Shown here piece by piece: positions 57,601 through 64,000 of a DNA stretch of 64,000 bases (positions within the stretch are counted from its first letter, which is position 1; the number at the start of each line of letters is the position of its first letter). Where the stretch lies: the IMG/VR virus record IMGVR_UViG_3300036761_003567, positions 32,001-96,000 of that record, one strand, 5' to 3'. Source of the stretch: a virus. A program made the translations under genes and the position numbers. The notes under the pieces were generated by a model that ran no database searches, was not told the origin of the DNA, and worked only from the letters and a program-made list of their open reading frames with translations.

Positions 57601-60472
57601 TCCGCGACGAGGACGAGCGGCTGGCGTCCCAGGAAGGGGACCGCAAGTGCGACGAGGCAAGGGAACGGCGCGGGGTGGAAGGATTAGGGGAAGGAGACAA
57701 GTGATGGACACGGGCTTTCTCATCGCCTGCCTGGTCTGGCACCTGCACGACAGGTTCTACGCGACCGACACCGAGGTCTATGCGAAGGCCGGAGGCGAGC
57801 TGATACGGATGGCGGACGAATGCGGAATTCCCTGGCTCAAGGTGGCGGGAATCCTCGTGATCAAGCCCACCGAGGAGGTCTCATGAAGGCCTATTTGGTC
57901 AGCGAGTGCTGGTTCAGCCGGGGCGACGTCCGGATGAACGAGTGGCGGGCGGGGATGACCTGCCTGCCGCTAGTCGGGAAGTCCTGGCGGTGGCTGTACC
58001 TCTGGGCCCTGAACACCGTCCGCTGCCTGCGGGCGCTGTTCTTCTAGGAGATTCCATGATTCCCGCCATCTCCCGTCTGGCCGACTGGTGGACGCAGGGG
58101 AAGTCCCATCTGGTGCTGGAGGCGTGGAGGCGGTCCGTCAACATCCCCCTGATCATCCCCGTGCCCCTGCGCGAGAGCGTTGCCCAGCTGGTCTCGCTCC
58201 GGGAGCGGGTGTCCGCTTGCTGGGACTTCTGCCCCGGCTCCGTCAAGGAGGTGCTGGTCACCCGTCAGCTCCCCCGCAATCAGGCCCGTCGCCACGTCGC
58301 GAAGGTCATCTCCCGCCTGCCCTACCGGCAGGTGATCCGGCTCAACCCGAAGGTCGCCTACCGCGTGGTCTGGCAGCTCATGTAACCTGACGTTTCCCGC
58401 TTCCCTTTCCCTTGGAGGTGCGTGCATGTCGAAGAAGGACATCGTGCTGGCGGCCGGGTCCCTCCCGCCCGGGGTCGTCACGGACTTCACCGTGACGAAG
58501 GACGACGTGCTGGCGATCTTCGTCAGCAGGAAGGAGCAGGAGCTCCTGGCCGAGAAGGAGGCCGCCGACAAGCAGATCGAAGCGGTCGCCGACGACATCG
58601 AGAAGGCGAGCGAGGCGCTCAAGAAGGCCGTCGAGAAGGCCGGCGAGGACCTGATCGGCAACGTCGTCAGGAAGGTCAACGAGCTGCTGAAGGAGGCCGG
58701 GCTCAGCGGGAAATTCGAGGCCCGCACGTGCCTCATGGACGAGGACGACAAGAAGAGCCTGGAGATCGGCATCTCCGGGTGCATGGGCGGGGCGAAGAAG
58801 GCCCTGACCCCCGAGGTCAGGACCGTGCTCAGCGACATCAAGAAGCTGGAGGAGAAGGGCGTGGAGGCCGAGAAGGCCGCCATCGCCGCCCGCCAGCAGC
58901 TGATGAAGCTGCCCGCGGAGGAGCGCCGCGTCCGGGCCAAGCTGGCCACCCGCGCGCTCAGCCAGTCCGACGCCGGCCGCAAGTTCCTGGAGTCCTTCGA
59001 GGGGAACCAGGAGTAGGGACCGGGCGCGCCGCAGGGAAGGGGCAACCTACCCTCCGGCGCGTACGGGCCTCACTTTTGGAGATCAAATATGGGCGATTTC
59101 GACGACTGCTCGGTTCGGGAAGCTCCAGTCCGTAAAGCTCCCCGGATGGCAGCTGCCGTGGCGGAGGATATCGACATCGGCAAGGTGTTCGTTCCCGTGG
59201 AGGATGCCAAGAAGGCTCTCAGCCTGGAGAAGGATGGGAAGGAGATCGTCTGGGCCGACAACATCAAGACCCTGACGGAGATGCTTCGCGACAGGAGCGG
59301 GATCAACAATGTCGTCGCGTTCCAGGACTGCCAGTATGGAGGGTCCAAGATCAAGGTCTACGAGCTGAATGCCCCCGTCTTCACGAATCCGCTGGACGTC
59401 AAGTCGGCAGTCAAGGGTGGCGGGAAGGCCATCCTTTACACGATTTCGGAGTCGTCCAACGACCACTTCGACGCGATCAAGAAGGTCATAGAAGACGGCA
59501 CGATCAAGTCATGCTTCAGAATCGACGAATACGTCAGGAAGTCCGGCACAGCGGCGTGCTCAACCGGCATTCGCCACGCTTTCTCCCTGCTGAAGTCCTA
59601 TGACAAGGCGAAGGCCAAGGAGGCCTCCAAGAGGCGGAAGGCGTGGATCGTCCAGCACGGACGGATCGACTGCAACGACCTGAACGAGGTCTTCGGCATT
59701 CTCATCAGGACCGTCCGTGATTACTACTCATTCGACGGCTTCCATTACTTCGTGAACTGGAACTGGCAGCGTCCGAAGGAGCGCGAAGCCATCTACAAGG
59801 CCGTCATCATCCTGTCCCGGCGCATCGACCAGCTCGTCTACGACGAATTCAGCGGAAGCAAGAAGGTCAACAAGTTCGACTTGACGTTCAGCAAGTTGAC
59901 GTTCAGCAAGTACAGCAAGTGGGTCAAGATTCCCTACACGAAGTGGGTCATCAGCCTGCGTCAGTACAGGAAGGGGCTGCTCCAGACGGAGGATGGGACG
60001 AAGACAATCCGCAAGACGGAATGGAGGCCCGTGGACAAAAGCGAAGTCCACGATTCGCGTGTTGTAAACCGCGGACCGAACGAGTGGGTCAAGGTGAAGA
60101 AGCAGGTGAAGGTCAGCGGGAAGCCCGCCCGTGAGTTTGGCAAGTGGCTGGACAGCGAGATCCGCGCGTGCATCCAGTATCTCCGGTCCAAGAAGGCCAA
60201 GAAGGAGGGAAAGAGATGAAGACCCAGAAGATTCCGCCACGCATCCAGATCGCCGCGGTCATCATGCTCCAGAAGCCGGACAAGGGCTGGAAGTCAGGCG
60301 ACAACCCCGAGATCGACTCGCTCGCGGAAGACTTCGCGGCAGACGACCTCAACGTCGATGACATCCTCGTCAAGAAGGGCAGCAGGAAGGTTGAGTTCCT
60401 CGTGTCGTGGAGCCTGCCCAGTTCGTTCAACGGGTTCAAGATCGTCAACCTGGAGGCGATGAAGGGGAGCAA

Positions 60473-60931
60473 ATGAAGCCTGTCCTCCTGCTGGACGTCG
60501 ACGGCGTGCTCAACATCGGCGGAGACCAGCGCGAGACGGTCCATCTGCCCGGAACCTTCCTTCCTCTCTGGGCCTGCCGGAACTGGAAGTCCTTCCTGCG
60601 GAAGGTGGACCAGATCTCCGAGCTGGTCTGGTGCACCTGCTGGATGGAGCGGGCGAACTTCATCGGGAAGGCGGCAGGGATCCCCGAGAGGCCGCATATT
60701 CCCATGGTCGCTATCGAGGGGAAGGATCAGGACTGGAAGTGCGTCTCCGTCGACCGCATGTTCCCCGATCCGGCCCGCAAGCTGGTCTGGGTCGAGGACG
60801 GATTCCGCGACGACACGAGGCAGTGGGCCAAGCGGCGCGGGAACATGAAGCTCATCCACGTCCGCTTTCTGAGCGGTCTCACCAAGCGGACGATGCGGAA
60901 GGTGATTCGGCATCTGAGTAAAGGAGACTGA
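60473..60931 (+). CDS. HAD-domain protein (Swiss-army-knife RNA-repair HAD-like)
   Basis: LLLDVDGVLN, LVWCTCW, VWVED. Confidence 0.75.
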   Translation: MKPVLLLDVDGVLNIGGDQRETVHLPGTFLPLWACRNWKSFLRKVDQISELVWCTCWMERANFIGKAAGIPERPHIPMVAIEGKDQDWKCVSVDRMFPDPARKLVWVEDGFRDDTRQWAKRRGNMKLIHVRFLSGLTKRTMRKVIRHLSKGD

Positions 60932-61869
60932 CATGGCGAAGATCACGGTCCATTTCAAGACCCCGGACGCCGTAGACGCGGCCATCTTCGATGCCACGGG
61001 GACGGAAGTCCACGGCAACTTGACCCAGGAGCAGCAGGAGATCAAGGACGCCCTGGCGAAGTTCATCGAGTACGGCGAGAGCATCGAGGTCGAGTTCGAC
61101 ACGGAAGCAGGCACGGCCACCGTCATCCCCCTCTAGGAGACCTACCATGTCGCAGACCCTTCTCGGCGTGGACGGCCCGATCGGCTGGACCGACCACTAC
61201 ACGACCCGGCGCGGCGTCCGCGGCAGCAACACGATCTTCAAGCCGGACGCGATCGTCGCCGTCGACCTGTCCGTCCCCCGCTTCTACAAGCTGGTCGTGC
61301 GGAACGGGAGCTCGCGGCCCTTCGTGGCCACCGGCAGCTTCCACGCGATGTGGGAGCTCTGGAAGCACCTCGGCCTCTCGGACGGCCAGATGGAAGAGGG
61401 ATCCCTTCCCAAGAAGGCGGACTACGCGTCCATCTCCCCCGTCTCGGGCAAGGGCTCGAACCTGTTCGCCTCCCGCGGGGGTGAGCACCGCGAGAACCTG
61501 CTGGCCGCGGACCTGGTGATGACCGCCGGCGTCGAGGACGTGCTCGACGCGTGGGCGGAGCTGTCCCGCTTCGGCTGGAAGGCCAACATCCAGGCGGCGT
61601 AGCGTCGGCGTGGACAAGGCAAGGGTTTCATCGAAGACTCCATCAGGAAGGCCAACGCGTGATCCAGACCATCTGCCGGAGTTATGGGCGGCTCGCTGAC
61701 AGGAACCGGGCGATCGCCCAGCTCAAACGCAAGGGCTACAACCGGTTCGTGCTGTTCTACGACGCCAAGGGCTTCTTCGCGCTGTCGTACACGAGGCGCT
61801 ATTCTGACACCTCGTGCTCGTTCTCCTGGTAATTCCCATCCCCACTCTCCCTCTGGCAAGGAGCCAAAT

Positions 61870-62436
61870 ATGGACGAGATGGAAGCGTTGCAGGCGCAGC
61901 TCGAGAAGAATCTGGGCCTCGGCCAGAGGCTGATCGACAAGCCGGCCAAGCAGACGCCGAAGGCCGACGTGCCGGTGCTGGTCGTCGCCGAGGGCCAGAC
62001 CCAAGTCAAGCCGGTCAAGCCGGTGAAGACTCCGGGCCTCGCCATCGTCAAGGCGATCGTCGACAAGAACAAGAAGCTCAAGCCCAAGTCAGAGATCAAT
62101 GCGGCCTCGGCGAGGGCGATGAAGAGCAGGAACCCGGACGGGACGAAGAAGCCCAGAATCCCGACGCTCAAGACCAAGGGGCCGGACGAGGCAGCCCTGC
62201 TCAAGAAGTACCCGCACGCGAAGGCGGGCACGCTCTACTACCAGCCCGCCGCCAAGAAGTGGACCATCGAGATCGCCTGCGCCAAGTGCAAGGCGGCGCG
62301 GATGGTACATACCTCAGACCTCTTCCAGGTCAAGCTGTGCGTAGCCTGCAAGGGCGCGAAGCCGACCAAGCAGACGGTATCCACGGAGCAGAAGGCCAAG
62401 AACATCGAGGCCCTCGCCAAGGAGATCCTGGGGTGA
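61870..62436 (+). CDS. Zn-finger early protein, paralog 3, with Lys/Pro-rich extension
   Basis: KYPHAKAGT...IACAKCKAARMVHTSDLFQVKLCVACK. Confidence 0.75.
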   Translation: MDEMEALQAQLEKNLGLGQRLIDKPAKQTPKADVPVLVVAEGQTQVKPVKPVKTPGLAIVKAIVDKNKKLKPKSEINAASARAMKSRNPDGTKKPRIPTLKTKGPDEAALLKKYPHAKAGTLYYQPAAKKWTIEIACAKCKAARMVHTSDLFQVKLCVACKGAKPTKQTVSTEQKAKNIEALAKEILG

Positions 62437-63124
62437 GCACCGAATCGAAGATGGTCTTCGCCGGGCTTACCGGCATCTTCGGCCTGCCGCCCTCCCTGCG
62501 AGAGAGGAAGCGGGAGGCGAGGAAATGTGCGCTGCCCGGATGCGACAAGACCACCACGCACAATGGCGGGTACTGCTGCGCCGAGCACTGCAAACAACAC
62601 AAGGAGGCGAAGTCATGAAACTCCTGCCTATCAATATCATCGAAGGCGATCGCACGGTACCGGCGTGCGTGAACCTGGACGCGATCGACATCATCGTGCC
62701 AGGGGAACACGGCCATATGACGATCCACTTGCGTGGCGGCTTTTACTCCCAGATGGAGGCCGGGGAACTCGACACGATCCTCGCCGCCAATGAACTGATT
62801 TTCAAGTGCATCAAGAAGGAGGAACCCAAATGAACGCAACAATCAAGGCCCCGACGGATCAGCAACTCGAGCTGATCACCCAGATCATGGACAACCTGTC
62901 CAAGCTCGGGAAGGGGAAGGCGATCGCCGCAGAGACCCGCCGGCTCACCGTGAAGGACGGCGAGCTCAAGAGCGAGTACGAGCTCCGGCAGGTGAACTAC
63001 GGGCTCAAGCAGCTGATCAAGCAGGAAGAGGAGAAGGCGCGGCCCAGGCCCACCGTCCTCGTGGAGGAGACCAGCCGTCGCGGTCCGGATCTGGGCCTTC
63101 AGGAACTCTAACACAGGAGGCATC

Positions 63125-63520
63125 ATGCACCGGCTTTTCGCTCTAGTCATTCTGCTGGTCCCGCTCGCGATCGTCGGTTGTGATGACGGGAGCAAGGACC
63201 GGGAGATCAGCAAGCTCAATACGCAGCTCCAAGCCGCCCTGCGCCAGCAGCGGGAGATGGAGAAGACGCTGCCGTCCGAGCAACCCGAAGTGCTCAAGGA
63301 GAACGCCAAGCTCCGCGTAGAGCTTATCGCCACCAAGCAGGCCTTGGCCGCATCTAGTGAGCGGATTCCCGGCGAGATCCTGCCGCTGGCGATCTGGCTC
63401 AAGGAACTCCAGAAACGGCTGGATGCGGTCGAGCCTCTGGCACGAGGAGCTTCCAGGAAGGGGGCACACGCACAGCTACAAGAAGGGCGACTCATTCCTC
63501 TCGAGCACCACGAGTCCTGA
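63125..63520 (+). CDS. Lipoprotein with coiled coil
   Basis: MHRLFALVILLVPLAIVGC lipobox. Confidence 0.7.
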   Translation: MHRLFALVILLVPLAIVGCDDGSKDREISKLNTQLQAALRQQREMEKTLPSEQPEVLKENAKLRVELIATKQALAASSERIPGEILPLAIWLKELQKRLDAVEPLARGASRKGAHAQLQEGRLIPLEHHES

Positions 63521-63551
63521 CTAGTCTTGCTCTGCCCATTAGGAGGCCTCT

Positions 63552-63764
63552 ATGCGTTGGCTACTACTGGTCATTCTGCTGGTCCCGCTCACGACCCTCG
63601 GTTGCAGCGAAGGCGTCTCGCAACGTGAGGGATTTGGCGTGGAGTACAAGAACAACCTGAATTCCTGGCGCGTAGTCCCGATCGTCATCGACGGGCACAA
63701 ATACATCCTGGCAACCGGTGGTGACAGCGGCGCATGCTCCATCTGCCCGGCCAAATCTGACTAG
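63552..63764 (+). CDS. Small lipoprotein
   Basis: MRWLLLVILLVPLTTLGC lipobox. Confidence 0.65.
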   Translation: MRWLLLVILLVPLTTLGCSEGVSQREGFGVEYKNNLNSWRVVPIVIDGHKYILATGGDSGACSICPAKSD

Positions 63765-63823
63765 TCTTCAAGTCTCCTATTCCCAGTCCCATTGAGGAGA
63801 ATTCTAGACTGTATTTCAAATAA

Positions 63824-63853
63824 TTGACAATAAGATACGCTCCCTGATAGAAT
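63824..63853 (+). promoter_or_regulatory. Near-consensus sigma70 promoter before a truncated CDS starting at 63899
   Basis: TTGACA-18-TAGAAT with extended TG. Confidence 0.7.
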
Positions 63854-64000
63854 ACGCCTGTTGACGGAAGCATCCACCCCTTTCTAGGAGTTGCGATCAT
63901 GGCGAAAGCCCCCATCAACGTGGACGACCTCCTCGCCGGGCTCGCGTCCGGCAAGCCCGCGAAGAAGTCGAAGAGCACGACCCCGACGATCACCGTCCCC

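Larger units (their letters stand above)
51224..63111 (+). other. Early-type array of about 30 small GC-rich hypothetical CDS (e.g. 51224-51445, 51801-51959, 53379-53534, 53921-54181, 54213-54365, 54778-55065, 55879-56145, 56329-56628, 56639-56941, 57291-57704, 58426-59016, 59089-60219, 60933-61136, 61147-61602, 62830-63111)
   Basis: All on the plus strand, strong AGGAG/GGAGG SD sites, high GC3, coupled starts. Confidence 0.7.

Noticed and set aside
50050-63500. Long minus-strand and alternative-frame ORFs in the GC-rich region
   Set aside because: Shadow ORFs of high-GC3 plus-strand genes: Arg/Gly/Pro-rich and lacking SD sites

Overview
This is a 64-kb segment of a large (jumbo-type) tailed-phage genome in the standard genetic code; no rRNA, tRNA or CRISPR array is evident. 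Positions 1-30 kb hold a replication/recombination module: a fragmented DnaE, an RNase H-like protein, UDG, RecA, gp41/DnaB helicase, a compact PolA, UvsY, a gp32-type SSB, a 5'-3' exonuclease and a resolvase. The same region has an actin-like ATPase, three glycosyltransferases and two AT-rich homing-endonuclease-like inserts. Positions 30-50 kb are mixed-strand accessory genes. A repeat plus GC-extreme junction at ~50 kb precedes a GC-rich, all-plus-strand, early-type region of small ORFs with structured intergenic segments. Main novelties: (i) patchwork proteins that appear stitched from short conserved motifs of terminase, tail sheath, major capsid (Gol region), portal and tail-fibre proteins, four sharing a C-terminal G-x-L/M-G-x-R-x-V tag and one carrying a Tat signal (candidate immune decoys); (ii) DnaE in four pieces, with a degenerate split intein and a 2-nt frame break inside the catalytic PDIDVD motif; (iii) a ~650-nt structured RNA candidate and covarying RNA stem cassettes in the early region. 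All family calls come from by-eye motif recognition; no database search was run.
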